Below are positions 50,998-63,875 of a stretch of 64,000 nucleotides of DNA, piece after piece. The first letter of the stretch is position 1. Each line of letters starts with the position of its first letter. The notes beneath the pieces were generated by a model that worked only from the letters and a program-made list of their open reading frames with translations, was not told the DNA's origin and did no database searches. The stretch is from Balanoglossus misakiensis. Taxonomy: Eukaryota > Animalia > Hemichordata. The position numbers and the translations under genes were made by a program. The stretch covers positions 4,727,097 to 4,791,096 of the forward strand of contig CM082598.2 of assembly GCA_040954595.2 (NCBI GenBank), written 5' to 3'.

Positions 50998-51769
50998 TAA
51001 AGTGATATCATACAAGGGTTAACAAATTCAAAACTGTTCAAAATTCCCGGAATTTCCAGGAGAGAGACCAACCATTCTTCCCAGAAATGTTTTCAAATTC
51101 CACTGTTTTCCAGCAGTGCACGAACCATACAAACAACATCAGAGTTCATTCAGGGAAATGAAAAACAACAACAACAATTACTATATGAAACAAAACAACT
51201 TTATTAGTTTATATTGCAAATTGTTCAACTTTAAACTAATGTCTGATATGGTATCCCATGCTATTCTATCTAGTAATTCTGCTTGTTTTTTTTTTATTAT
51301 TAATTCAAGAATAGCACCACGGGAACATAAACAAAAGTGAATTCAAACCCTTTGTATTTGCTACAAAATTAGCAAAATTGTTATTGTGAAGGTAAACAAT
51401 GCTTTCAGAATACAGACAATGCCTGCTAGAAGGGATATGTGCTTTCAAATGTTCAAGCGAAAAACAGATCTTTCAATACAAAATGTAACCTGTGCAATTT
51501 CTACAATCACAGTACACCACAATGTGTTTCTGAGAGAAGCTGCCTTCTCCCAAAACACCATGAAACTTTGCGTTTGGAACAGAAACCATTTCATTTATCC
51601 ATTGTGGCCAGTTTCATTCCAAATGACGAATTTAGATAAGTGCAACACTGGAAAGAAATTTTGCCAGACACCCGCACTGATGGTAGAAAAGAAAGCACTT
51701 CATGGTGACAGATATAGCTCAGCTGACTGTGCACTGATAAAATGAAGAAATCTTGAAAGTTTGTATTGT

Positions 51770-52130
51770 CACATGGTTACATTTTAACCCCCCAAAAGGC
51801 CACAAGGTTGCAGTTGCCCCTTCACTTATATGAAACACTGTTGCAATTTGAAATGCCAAAAAGGGCAGTTGCTACATTGTATGTTAATTTTGAAACAATG
51901 TTGCAATTTGAAACACTGTAGCAAAAAAGCCACAAAAGAGCAGTTGCTACATTGTACTTAATTTTGAAACAATGTTGCAAGTCGAAACATTGTAGCAAAA
52001 GGGCCACAAAAGAACAGTTGCTACATTGTACTTAATTTTGAAACAAAGTTGCAATTTGAAACATTGTAGCAAAAATGTCACTGTCGTAATTGCTACATTG
52101 TACTTCATATATTTGAAACACTGTTGCAAT
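51770..52130. repeat. Degenerate ~60-bp tandem repeat, about 5 copies, in the putative PPP1R12 3' UTR
   Basis: Recurring cagttgctacattgtacttaattttgaaacaatgttgcaatttgaaac. Confidence 0.8.
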
Positions 52131-54378
52131 ATTCTCACAAACCCCATGGCTCCCCTAAGTCAGCACAAAACCCTCTAAATGGACAAACCAACTAGCGACG
52201 ACTAATGTCAGCAACTGTTACCAACAGAAACTACAAAACATTCAAATTTGAAATCTGAATTTACCATATTGTCAATGAGGATGTCATGGCCACACAGTTA
52301 CAATATAAAGCAGAAAAAAAAAACATTTTTTTCTTTTTAATTTGTTTTCTATAAAAAGATGGATCTTGTCATAATTGTTGAACTTGGCAATTAATTAGAT
52401 TTTTTTTACCAAGCTAAGGGTTCTTGTTACCTAGCTAACTCTACTTGGAAAATTTTCAACAAAATGAATTATTGAAGCCATTTAAAAAATACATTATGTT
52501 TAAAATTAGTTACTTTTTGTGGGCACTGGACCACCTAAGTTGCTAGTTTTTTAATTTACATGGAAGACTAAATAAATAAATAGTCGAGATGAACTGTGGC
52601 CACAGAATCACAATTGAAAATATTTTTTAAGCATTTTTTTTCGTTTTTATCATATTTTCTTTTATGCTAATTTTACTAAAGCACCAATTTGGATCTTTTA
52701 AATAACAACGACCAAAAAATACAAAAAGCAGATGATCGGAGATGACAATTTGCTACTAGCGGTAAACCCAAGCCTATTGAATCCTTTAAACTTGCAAATT
52801 TAGTTACCACATGTGGGTTTATGCTACGCAGCTAAATGTACAAAATCCACAGGATTATTTTTTTTAAATTAACTTATTTTAGTAGTCAAATACAGCACCA
52901 CACTTTGCCCTGCATAGGTGGCGACCACTGGGAGAATGCCTTAAAATCACTACTCTAGATGAATATTTGTAGGTACGGTAATCAGAGTGATTTTACTGGG
53001 AGACAGTATTGGTATTGAAACAGGTTTATGAATATGCAAATATCAGACTGGGGAAAACGTGAAGAACTGCCACACAGTAAAAACATATTTGAAATTTGGG
53101 ATTTTTTTTTTCAATTTTTCCAGAAGTTGACTATTTTTATCTTTGGCATGCATTGAAGGTGCTAGTAATGAAACCCCAGACTCCAACTCCTTGCTCAAAA
53201 TCCACAAGAAAATATTAAATATTTGAGGGGGGGGGGGGGGAGCCAAACAAATGAAAGTTACCGTAAAATAAAAAGTTGAAAAAATTAGGTGGAAAATTGA
53301 ACCAACATTCTATAATGCTGAGATCTCCACTACCGATGTATAAACTAATTACTGTACATATAAAATGAAAAAAAAAATCTGTGCTAAGCTACTCGTTTTC
53401 ACACTTTGTTTCATATTTACATTTTGTTCCTAAACAAAACCAGATTGAGCACAGCAAAAATTTCATTTCCTGCCTTTCATTCATTCACTGTGAACTACTA
53501 AATCCAATATTTCAGAAACGGTAAAAATGTCGAGAGAGAAAACAAAATGAAGTATCTACACGCAACAGGCATGTGATGGAAATTATATTGCACTAGGCTG
53601 GGCAGGTGCCATCGGTTTACTTGTTGCCATGGTAACATGCATGAACACGCACTAAATACGGTTGCCTAATAACCTTTCACAGCAGGTAGTCATACTTGTT
53701 GCAAGAATAAACTGTTAGCTGATGGCTGACCAATGTGATCTTTATGCTGATAGCTGATTGGTTGACCAGCATGAACTCCGACCTCATACTGACAGCTGAT
53801 TGGCTGAAACACTGGTAGCCATTTTTTTTTTACAAATGACAGACTTTACTGTTCTTTAACAAACTGCTGCTTTTTACTTTTTTATATTTCTTTTTCAATT
53901 TTCCCTCTAAACTCAGACAATGCCCACTATTTTTTTTTTCCTTTTGGTAAATTTAAATACGACAAAAATACATACATTGCAGCATTGACGCTGAAACTAC
54001 AGATAACATTTTTTAAATCAGTCATGCACATAACATCTCTATTTTCAGAGTGAAAGATTTTAGACCAAAATCAAGCAAATTCTGATTTCCAACATTTCGA
54101 CATTGTCGTGCATTAACAGCGTGGCATTCTGTGGCATGTTACCATGACAATGACTCTGTTACCATATAGGAGAAAGCACTTTCATTATCTACAGAAAATT
54201 TTACACTTTAGTTGAAAACATTTTGTTTTACAATATCTTACTAAGATTATTAACATAAGAAAAAAAACGTTAGGCAGCACATGCATAACAGATGACAAAA
54301 AACCCACAAATTTTGCCATTTCTACATCAGAAAAAAAAAAATACTTGAGGTAAAAATACAAAATATTCGAATTTACAA

Positions 54379-54465
54379 CTATTTGGAGAGTTTGCTGATG
54401 ACGCGTACGAGAGCTCCGTTCTCGTCTTTTAGCCTCTGATTGTCTTGCTTGAGTTTTTCCAAAAG
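54379..54465 (-). CDS. PPP1R12A: PPP1R12 last exon (leucine zipper)
   Basis: tttcag|[28 protein letters not shown] then TAG. Confidence 0.95.
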   Translation of the reverse strand, partial: LLEKLKQDNQRLKDENGALVRVISKLSK

Positions 54466-57400
54466 CTGAAAGAGAGGAACACAAAATTATTATATTTTTC
54501 TATGCAACACTAGGCTTTGAGTGCTCACAGAGGATATTTTGTTGCGCGAAGTTTATTCTGATCAAATAAATCAAAAACAGAGAGGTACAGCTCAAGTCAG
54601 GTTCAATGTCTAAAATTTTATTGTACAAACCTTTAATTCTTCTTCCATTTCAGATAATTTTCTTTCTAGACCCCTCCTTTCCTGTTGAACAAAGAAAAAA
54701 TAGTCAATATACTGTGTCTATCTTTGCATCAGAATCATATTGCCAGGAACGTTTATATTCCAGAATTCATGTGATCTAAGTCATTCTGTTTTTGTTTTTT
54801 TCTGTTTTGGCCATACAGTACAGTTTTTACAATGGGCCTATTACCAGCAACTTGAGCAATCTTCTCAGACACACTTTAAAATACTTAAGCCAACAGTGAC
54901 TTGGTCTCATTACTCAGTGCCCCTCACTCCAGAAAATCCCAGATCTTACCCTTTTTTCCGTTTCAAGTGCCCTCGACGTCGACCTGTCTTCGTGGCGGTC
55001 GGATTTCTGCAGTGCCTTCTCCAGTTGGACTTTGGAGTCTTCTAATTCCAGCTGTGTCTCTCGTAGCTTGTCCTGAAGTTTTTCATAGTCATCCTTCTGC
55101 GACTCAAAAAGCTGTGAAGAGAAGCTGTATTATCAGACGTATACTCAAAAAACCATCTGAGAAGTAACCATGATTGGCAAACCTGCATGACATTGGGTTG
55201 GCACCTACAGTAAATTTTTACAATATCAACAGAGGTGACTGATGTGCGACACTTAATTTCCGTATTCTCTTATTTCAAGCGCGTAGCTCGTCTCACACGC
55301 ATGTTCCAACTGTAGCCGCTGGTTACAGACGTTTAGTGAACAGTCAATCCCATAAGGCAGTTCTCTGTCCTAACAACAGAGAAGATGGCGGCGACCATAA
55401 TCTGTGTCGGAGATCGGGAAAAGACACCAGCTTGGGTGAAAAGGAGGGTCAAAACCAGAATCTACTCATACGGGGCGCTTGAAATATGGAAGGAAGCGAT
55501 GGCAGTCCACTATTTGAATGCATCAAACGGAAAATTTGCTGGGAAGTTACGCGCTTTCACTTACTGCATTATCGTGAATCTAGATTCTACAGATGTAACA
55601 AAGACTAATTAATGAAAGTTCTCGAAAAATTTCCAAGACTTACTTTTTTACAATTATGACAAGGGAGTCCTGTTATTCTCTCATCTTTCTTGTCTTTCTC
55701 GCGATCATCAATTGCACTTGTGCTATATGGTCTTCTTGTAAATCTATCTGAGCTGTACGGTGATCCATACCTGTTGGACAGAAAAATACAGAAACTTCAT
55801 CACTTTTTGTAGACTAAAATTTATTATACAAAAGTTCAATGTTAACTTTTTTTACTTTTACCAACAAATTGAGTCATTTTCACTATGATTATTGTAACAA
55901 TGGGGATTTCTCACACTCCTGGGAATCAGAGTCTGAGAACAAATCGGTCTCTTGCTCGGGTAATAAGAGTAAATGATCTTGGTATTTTACTTGCCACTAA
56001 CATGAAATATTTCAGTGTTTCATCTAGACGGGGGGTATGGAGGGATTCACCCCCTGTTGACATGTTGGCACCCCCTAGCAGTTTGCCACGGGGGACCAGT
56101 GCCCCTGAAAATGATGTCACTAACATGTTGGAGATATTACATTCCCCCCTTGCTAGAGTGGAATCCCCCAAATATTCTGGCATAAGGGGGAAATAGCCCC
56201 CCTGTTGATGCTATCCTGGATGAAACACTGATATTTTGACGAAGAACTCACCTTGATGAGCCAGAACCAAGCCTATTGGTGTAACGGTCAGCTATACTAC
56301 TCTGTAAACAGAACAGACAGACAAGACATCATGAGATTTTTATCTGCGAACTCTAGAAAACAGTGTCTATTCTTGGCAAAATATTTGCAATGTGCAGAGA
56401 CATTTTATGGTTGAGAATACACTCAGCTTGTGCCATATCAACTAGACACAGAGAAATTGCACACAAACGTTTAATTTTCAACAACTGTTGTTCGACACTC
56501 CAAGAACACCCCTGGATTAGTGTAAACTCACACCAGAGGTCAGAGGTCATGGTCAGTGGGAAACAATCCAGGGTATTTCACGAATGTTGAAAGCCAATGC
56601 ATTGGTCACCCGGGAAGAACATAAAAACGTCAAAGTCTACACACACTGGTGTGTGTGCGTATCATAAATCTGCTACGAATCCATGAAGTGGTCGTGTTCA
56701 GCATCATCGCGGCAATCTCGCGCCGAAGATTGATTCTGTTTGGCGTCATCGAATCAACACATGGGGTGTAAAGTATTGGGTTCGGTTGATGGACTCGTAC
56801 TCTGACCCTGTCAGACACATGACTGTGTCAGTTGCATGAACTACTGTTTGCTAAAAAGGAAATCGGTTTCCAAATTTGAGGTTGGACACAAAAGAATTGG
56901 TCAATTTCCTCCATTGCATATCTGCCTTTATTCTCTTCCACTCTATCTCTACCTTCAGTTGTCTCATAATCCCTAACCCTATTCTCTCCACCTCTATATC
57001 TACCTGTGGCTGTCTCATAATCCCTAACCCTATTCTCTCCACCTCTATATCTACCTGTGGTTGCCTCATAATCCCCAACCCTATTCTCCCCTCTCTATAT
57101 CTACCTGCAGATGTCTCATAATCCCTAACCCTATTCTCACCCCCTCTATATCTACCTGAGGATGTCTCATAATCCCTAACCCTATTCTCTCCCCCTCTAT
57201 ATCTACCTACGGTTGTCTCATAATCCCTAACCCTATTCTCTCCCTCTCAATATCTACCTGCGGTTGTCTCATAATCCCTAACCCTATTCTCTCTAATTCA
57301 TGTGTTATCAAATGTTACACTTTTTGGACCTAGATGAGATGAAGTGTGATGCCACAGAGAATACACTGTCCACAATGAAATCTATATAATAAATCTGCCA

Positions 57401-60400
57401 ACACTAAGAAACGATAGAATATGTCTCTAGGAAATTAACACCAAGACATTGATATAAATCTACCCGTCTGTTGGACAGTTATTTCAAGACCAATTATCAT
57501 GATATGCACTGACTGGATACCATCAGTGCATCAGACTTCACCCATACTGACATAAATTACTGCAGAATAAGTGCCCTGACTCAGGTCACACCAGAGTACG
57601 ACGAACACCGACATAAACTTCGCGATGAGGCCGTGTTAAACCCAGCCTCACCATATGCTCTGAATTTACGACCAGTTTCCTTTTACCCTCCGATGATTGA
57701 AATTTCAGGAAGAAACCAACGCTCGTAACTCTCAATAACCCACAGAACGACCGGCACTTACTTTTCAATACTTGACCTACGACCTTTGCTCTCTGTGATA
57801 GTTAACCTCTGAACTTTGTACACGCGCCAGGCAGTAAATCAATATAGAAGTTACAAACAGTGTGCTCAGATATTTGGTTGTGGTTACAAGCTCTGTCGGG
57901 AACTGTCATGAGAGATTATCAAGCAGAAAGATGTGTGTGCAATGATAAAAGAGACACAGATTGAAATTGAATTGATAGAATAAGTATTTTTATTATTATG
58001 TTGCATTAGCATGGTAATCCCTCTCAACTCTATATTTTGGCCCAATCCCATTATTGAGGATGGTTTGGCTTCACCCATTTGATGGAAATGGGGGTGAGAG
58101 GGTTACAAGTGGGAAGAATGATGAGATAGGCAGGTGTGGTATGGAAGAACTGAAATTTCATCCGTGTAATAGAGGGGCTAGTCAGACAGAGAGGAGGGTT
58201 GGGATAGAGGGGGAAAGGGGAGAATAGAGAGGGGGTGAAAGAGAGATGTAGAGGTCCAAAGAGGGTGTTGGCTGGAGCCAGGAACCAGATGAAAGAAAAT
58301 TCACTGAACTCTGCTGGAATTTTTTGTGAAATGACATAAAAGTTCATGAGAGTACTAGGGTTAGTAATGTTGTGAAGAACATGCATGAAGCACAGCTAAA
58401 TAAGTAGAAATCTATCACTGCACACATCAAAGTTTCACGACCCGGTTACTAGCGTTTCATGGTTTGTTTTTTTCAGCAGAACTCTAAGAATTCCAGCCGG
58501 TGAATCACACTGTTAAATTTAGTTTCTTTAGAGAGTTTTTTTATCTGCATTGCAGTAAAAACCACTGAGTTTCAAAAGACATGGGCAGACGACCAACATG
58601 GCATTGTGGCTGGGGGGGGGGGGGGGTCGTAGCGTTGTCCCCCAACCCCTCCCCATCCCCTTAAAATCAGAAACACTGCTTTGCGGAAAATTAGTTACTG
58701 CAATGCTGCCTATCACTAACCTACAGACAATCAAGTCCTACAATTGACTCAGATCACTGACCAATATCAGTCAAAGCATGTTTACTCAATGTCTGCGACT
58801 ATTCATCCCAGCCAACCACAATGTTGACACAGTCAATACCTAATCCAAACAAACAGTTACAATCACTGCCATGGTTAATTTAAGCAGTAAGTGTCAACAC
58901 AACAGAAACAGTTATCCACTACAACCCATTCACCCCCGGTTCCCTTTTCAGAGGTCCAACCTTACCACAGGAAACAATGGGGTTGGACTGAACCATGGTG
59001 GTGAAAGGGGTAAGTGGGCTCCAATGTTTGACATAGATGGTCCATATACCACACAACAAAATACACCTATTTCAATATATGCCATATGGGTACAAAAAAC
59101 ATGAAACAGTCGACCAATTTCGTGCAAAATGTTTATAATCTATATATAGGCATAACTGCACGAAATTTTTACAAATTATCAATTAATTTTGTCCAAAATG
59201 TTCATAATCTATATATAGGCATAACTGCATGAAATTCTTACAAATTATCAATTAACTTCTTCCAAGAGGTTCATAATCTATATATGGGCACGACAGCATG
59301 AAATCCTTACAAATTATAAGATACACTTAACAACAACACTATTACAGGGGCACTCAGTATAAAGGGTATATTCATTGTGTATGCGTACGTTTGTTTATAT
59401 TGTTACACCCAGCGCGATCCTCATGGACACAATACCAGTATTGATATCAGGAGAGGGTTCTATTATGTTCTAGACTAAAAAGGTCATTTGAGGTCGACTA
59501 ATTTCTACTTTGGACTATCTCTCACAGTTGCTGGAGAATAACACATGTCCACTGAACTCCCCATACGATGATAAACAGTCCGCTGAGAGGTGTGTAAAGG
59601 AACCAAATATTGAACTTTTAGTTCACTTGGCTTTAGAAATAAAAAGGTTTGTGGCCTACTTTTTCTGGTGTTATGTGAGCGAAATTGTAAGCGTCCTTCA
59701 GAAAGCAAAGACTAATTTGAGAAAAAGACAGAAACACCTGAACAATGCTCCACTTTGTGATGTCTGCCCCCCCCCCCCCCACAAAAACGACATCGCGAAG
59801 ACTAACCCCCATCGCTGAAAGCTGGGACAACAGCCAGCCAGGTCACCGGGACTGTAATGTCAAAGGTCAATCCGAGGGCTCATCCCAGGTACCAGGAGAA
59901 ATGTAGAATTCACTAAGGGTCCATGAAAACTGAAGAATTTGCCTTCACACTGACGACTGAAACCGCCATTAGCAACAATCGCATATCAGTCAATCTGACC
60001 TGACAAGAAAATTGACTACAGAAATTTATCGCACAAAGATGGTTGCGCCAAATTGTATTTGTGTTAACTACAATTTTAATTATGACCAATGTATGCAACA
60101 CCACAACTGATGTTATTTTTTGAGAACAACTTGTTTTCACATGCAATAAAGTAGCGTCCCCCTCTCCCAGTAAAATTCTCACAACATATCGACCAGAAAA
60201 ATAATGAAATATCTACAAGAGGGCAAATTCAACATAGAGGAATGTCTCTCAGGGCTGGAAGATTTACTACTATAAAATATACAAAACTTCACAGAAAAGA
60301 CAGATATTTCCCCCTCACTGTAAACAACGGGGGTGGAAAAGTCACATCCTGTTTGAAGAACTTTGCGTCTTGCTGCCCCGAGCGAGACATATATGCCAGT

Positions 60401-61763
60401 TTAGGAAGAAATCAGCTCAGGGTTGGAATGCGAACTTTATTTCAAGCAGAGTCAGTGATTGTCCTCGAGTTCTAAACTGAATCACACATCTCTGATTCAA
60501 GTAATAGCCACCTCATGCATTTCCTCTGTGTTTATACAACCCATGTTTCATTTTGGTGTTATGTCTATCCTGTTGGGTTAATTTCTTCCAATGAAAATGT
60601 CTTATAAACGGACTTTACCCAACTCTGCTAGTCTAAACTTATATTATTTTTTTATTTTATTCCAAATAGCATATTTCAAACTGTTTTAACTTTAGGTTAA
60701 AGGTATACGGTTACCTATGGAATTTTAGCTACAGTTACTATGGTAACTTGAGGTCTAACCAATCGCGGATTTTTAGTGGGTGGCACACGCAAAATAACCA
60801 GCGCCACCATATGTTCTTTAGAACGCTCAAATACACCATTTCAGCCATATATGGGCGTATATAAATTTGAGGTGACTGTATACCTTTAATATAATCTTTA
60901 TACTTCCAATACTTTTTTAAAATAAAGATTGTCACATTTAGATAGTTGATTATGCAATTTATTATACCCGGCCGACCAAAACCAATACTACGTTTGCACC
61001 GTCTTTGTAATGACAGGACTGACAATTCACATCAACATCTTGACACAACAAGGCCAGGTCGGTTTTCAAGAAACACTAAATCATGCGACCTCCAAAACCC
61101 AGCTGCCTCAAGCTCATCAACAAACAAATCAAAGACAATGAAACAGGAAAGAAATCAACACGACCAAGAAGTCCAGAATTTTCGTCATTCTGTGTGGCGA
61201 CAATACAGTGTTACGCAACAGTTACGCACAATGGATTAGACACTCCAATCCGCTAAAATAAGCAAAAACAGATTAGAGGGATTAAACTCTAGTGATTACC
61301 TTTCAACACATGGAGAAATCAATAAACACACTTCAAGAGCAAACAATAGTGCAATTAAATTAGTGACATATCTTTGTGAAGTTTTTGATTACTGAATGTA
61401 GGAATTGAGGTGGTATTTACGTTGCCAGTACATTAATTAAAACACAAGTGTTGATCTATTCTTTTGATGCACTCAAGGCTATTTGACATTCTTCCAGGAA
61501 AACTTTTCCTCTGACCCCCCTTTTCGTGTTTTTGTATATTTTTCTGGCGAATGAAAACTGTGCCGAAATGGATGATCAGGGAAAATTCTTACACTGCTGG
61601 TTCCTGGGGTATAGGCACTGGAGTAACTGGTCCCGATGGAGGCCGGGGTTGATCCGTAACTTGTCCCGGAGCTTCCCAGTGCGCCGCCGGAAGAACTACC
61701 GTAGGAGCCCCTCGCCGGGACGGAATAATTATAAGAACCTGAGTATCGGCCGTAAGAGGCCAT
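54379..61763 (-). CDS. PPP1R12A: Myosin phosphatase targeting subunit (PPP1R12A/B, MYPT) C-terminal exons; the ankyrin-repeat part presumably lies beyond the window
   Basis: Exons 61763-61593, 56301-56252, 55770-55644, 55111-54950, 54681-54631 and 54465-54379 join in frame. The protein ends [45 protein letters not shown], nearly identical to the MYPT1 C-terminal leucine zipper (PRKG1-interacting domain). Confidence 0.9.
54631..54681 (-). CDS. PPP1R12A: PPP1R12 exon
   Basis: caacag|[17 protein letters not shown]|gtttgt. Confidence 0.93.
54950..55111 (-). CDS. PPP1R12A: PPP1R12 exon (coiled coil)
   Basis: [54 protein letters not shown]|gtaaga. Confidence 0.93.
55278..55556 (-). mobile_element. 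Family C copy, reverse orientation
   Basis: Reverse complement of 3789-4083. Confidence 0.85.
55644..55770 (-). CDS. PPP1R12A: PPP1R12 exon
   Basis: caacag|[13 protein letters not shown]...GLPCHNCKK|gtaagt. Confidence 0.85.
56013..56230. mobile_element. MITE family E copy with 6-bp TSD
   Basis: cagtgtttcatc...gatgaaacactg; ATATTT at 56007-56012 and 56231-56236. Confidence 0.85.
56252..56301 (-). CDS. PPP1R12A: PPP1R12 exon
   Basis: tttacag|[17 protein letters not shown]|gtgagt. Confidence 0.8.
56930..57293. repeat. 51-bp minisatellite, about 7 copies
   Basis: gtctcataatccctaaccctattctctccacctctatatctacctg at 56961, 57012, 57063 and onward. Confidence 0.95.
58924..59010. mobile_element. 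MITE family D copy
   Basis: Matches 50903-50997. Confidence 0.7.
59110..59320. repeat. ~69-bp tandem repeat, 3 copies
   Basis: tcataatctatatataggcataactgcatgaaattcttacaaattat repeated three times. Confidence 0.85.
60701..60885. mobile_element. MITE family B copy
   Basis: TTAA on both sides. Confidence 0.88.
61593..61763 (-). CDS. PPP1R12A: PPP1R12 Ser/Gly/Tyr-rich exon, candidate alternative first exon
   Basis: aacATGG start; 57 codons [10 protein letters not shown]...PGTSS; donor agt|gtaaga in phase 0 fits the next exon; in-frame TAG just upstream. Confidence 0.6.
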
Positions 61764-63347
61764 GTTCGGCGAGGTGGGGAACTTCTAATAACAGGGTTGG
61801 GGTGTCTCGTACTGTCTGATGATCAGATCGGTGGCATATTTCCAAGAGACGCAGTGACGTCGATCGCCCCTGTCTGTGTACAATTGACTCCCCCGGGGGG
61901 TCTGGCACCGTACGACGATCCCCACCACTCCGGAAAAATCTCGTCGCTTCCCTCAAGCTGAGCTTAGGTCGTGTCTTCCGAGAAACAACGATGTGAAGCC
62001 GCATAAAAATGGCAGCTCAGTGTGTACCTCACTCACCAAGGCTGCACTGTGCCGTACTCAAGACGAAAATAACTCCTAATGCCTTGGTCACTGGCGTGAA
62101 CTTCAGACCCTGCTTTGCATATCTAAGGCCCAGTGCATTGCAGGTATTGATCGGGGGGTCGGATTTGCATGGGACACAGGCAATCCCAGCGGAATTTAAT
62201 CCACTGAGGTACATGCATTATTTATACGACTCCAGAGTGTGCCGACCCCAAACAAGCGTGCTTCCATCTCCCAGGCATGTGTACCGCAGACTTTTATTTC
62301 AGGACTAGAAACTTTCCCGCCAAAATTTTTGACCAAAAATTCTTGTTTCTCTGTAACTTTTGGACATAAAACAACTGTATTTTAGATTAGAATTCAAGAA
62401 ACATTGTTTACTAAAGAAGTTATGTTGTTAAATTTTCCAAAATGTTCATAATAATATAAACTTTTTGCATTATTTCATAGTCGTCTCTAGACATGAAAGG
62501 GTTAATTAAACGGCCGACCGGTCGTTCTAAACAGTTTTACTGACCGCTTTGTGCTCAGTGTATACCATTTCACTCCAGACCCATGCACACAACACACACA
62601 CACAAGCAAATACCCACCCGAGGCCGCTGAACGCAAGTACCCCTCGTTTCCCAAAAGTACGCCCTGCCACCCCTGCAGAGGAAATAAAGCTAACCCAGAT
62701 TAACCCCTTGCAGACGACCCGGCATACTACTGGTACTGCCATCCTGGCACAAATTTTAATGTCGGTACATGAATTCTAAAGCCGGTACAAAAAAAAAACA
62801 TATACAGCCATGCCAACGTAGCTATGTCACCACAGAAAATTCTGACCCCCCCCCCCCATCCACTTCACCCCCACGCACTAAGGATCCAACGCACACCCAC
62901 TGACTACGTGCATAGTAGAGACCAAGTAAAAAGTCTGTATCACCAGCACGACCATCGCTATACTCAGGCAACAAGCATGAACATTTGAGTTGATGAGCAC
63001 ACAAGTTCCATTCAGTACAATCAGTAATAACCTTTTTAACGACCACAACACAAACAGTAATAAATTCTCGGACAATTTCGCAGCCTGGCCATGTCGACGT
63101 CAACTGCCCTCTGTCAACAGCACGAAAACCAAACCCTCACCAGGAATTTCCAAGTCAGTGACATCAGTGTTGCCACGGCGACAGCGGGAAGGTCTACGCT
63201 GGAATTTTAATGATGGAGTGCAGAGCCAGCACTGGTAAATCGAAACACTAGACGTGTAGTTTGTACAGTGAATCCGACCCCAACAGATATCATATCACAA
63301 TCAGTCTCTTCCAAATCAACTTCCCAGAATGCAGGTCAAATAAAATA

Positions 63348-63508
63348 CAGTCAAACCTGTGTTAGTGGCAACCTCTATATAGTGGCCACTATGCTACATT
63401 CTCTTTGCAATTCATATGAGCATTAATTGACCTGTCTGTAAAGACCACCTGTCTATAAAGGCAGTTTAGGAAAGTCTCTTGACCGGCCACTATAGACAAG
63501 TTGGACTG
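63348..63508. mobile_element. MITE family G copy
   Basis: ta-cagtcaaacctgt...acaagttggactg-ta. Confidence 0.8.
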
Positions 63509-63644
63509 TACTTCAAACCATCACTTTGCCACAAGTTACAAAGCTCACGGTCTGTACCCACTGAATGATCCCACTGGGTCACATGCCAATTTTGCAACAT
63601 CATTTTGACCCCAGCTCATTTACAGTGTCAATGTGACCCCCACC

Positions 63645-63875
63645 GAGGGTCACGTTAATGACATCATGGCTGCCATGGTGATAGTTAAAGCCCCACAGAT
63701 CAAGTTTATGACATCACAGTTGCTACGGTGCAGGAGTCTATGGGTCAAGTTTATGACATCACGGTTGCCATGATGATAATTTAAGGCCCGTGGATCAAGT
63801 TTATGACATCACAGTCGCTACGGTGATAGAGTTTAAGGTCTAAGAGGTCAAGTTTACGACATGGCGGCTGCAACA
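63645..63875. repeat. Degenerate ~50-bp tandem repeat, about 5 copies
   Basis: Recurring tcaagtttatgacatcacagttgc. Confidence 0.8.
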
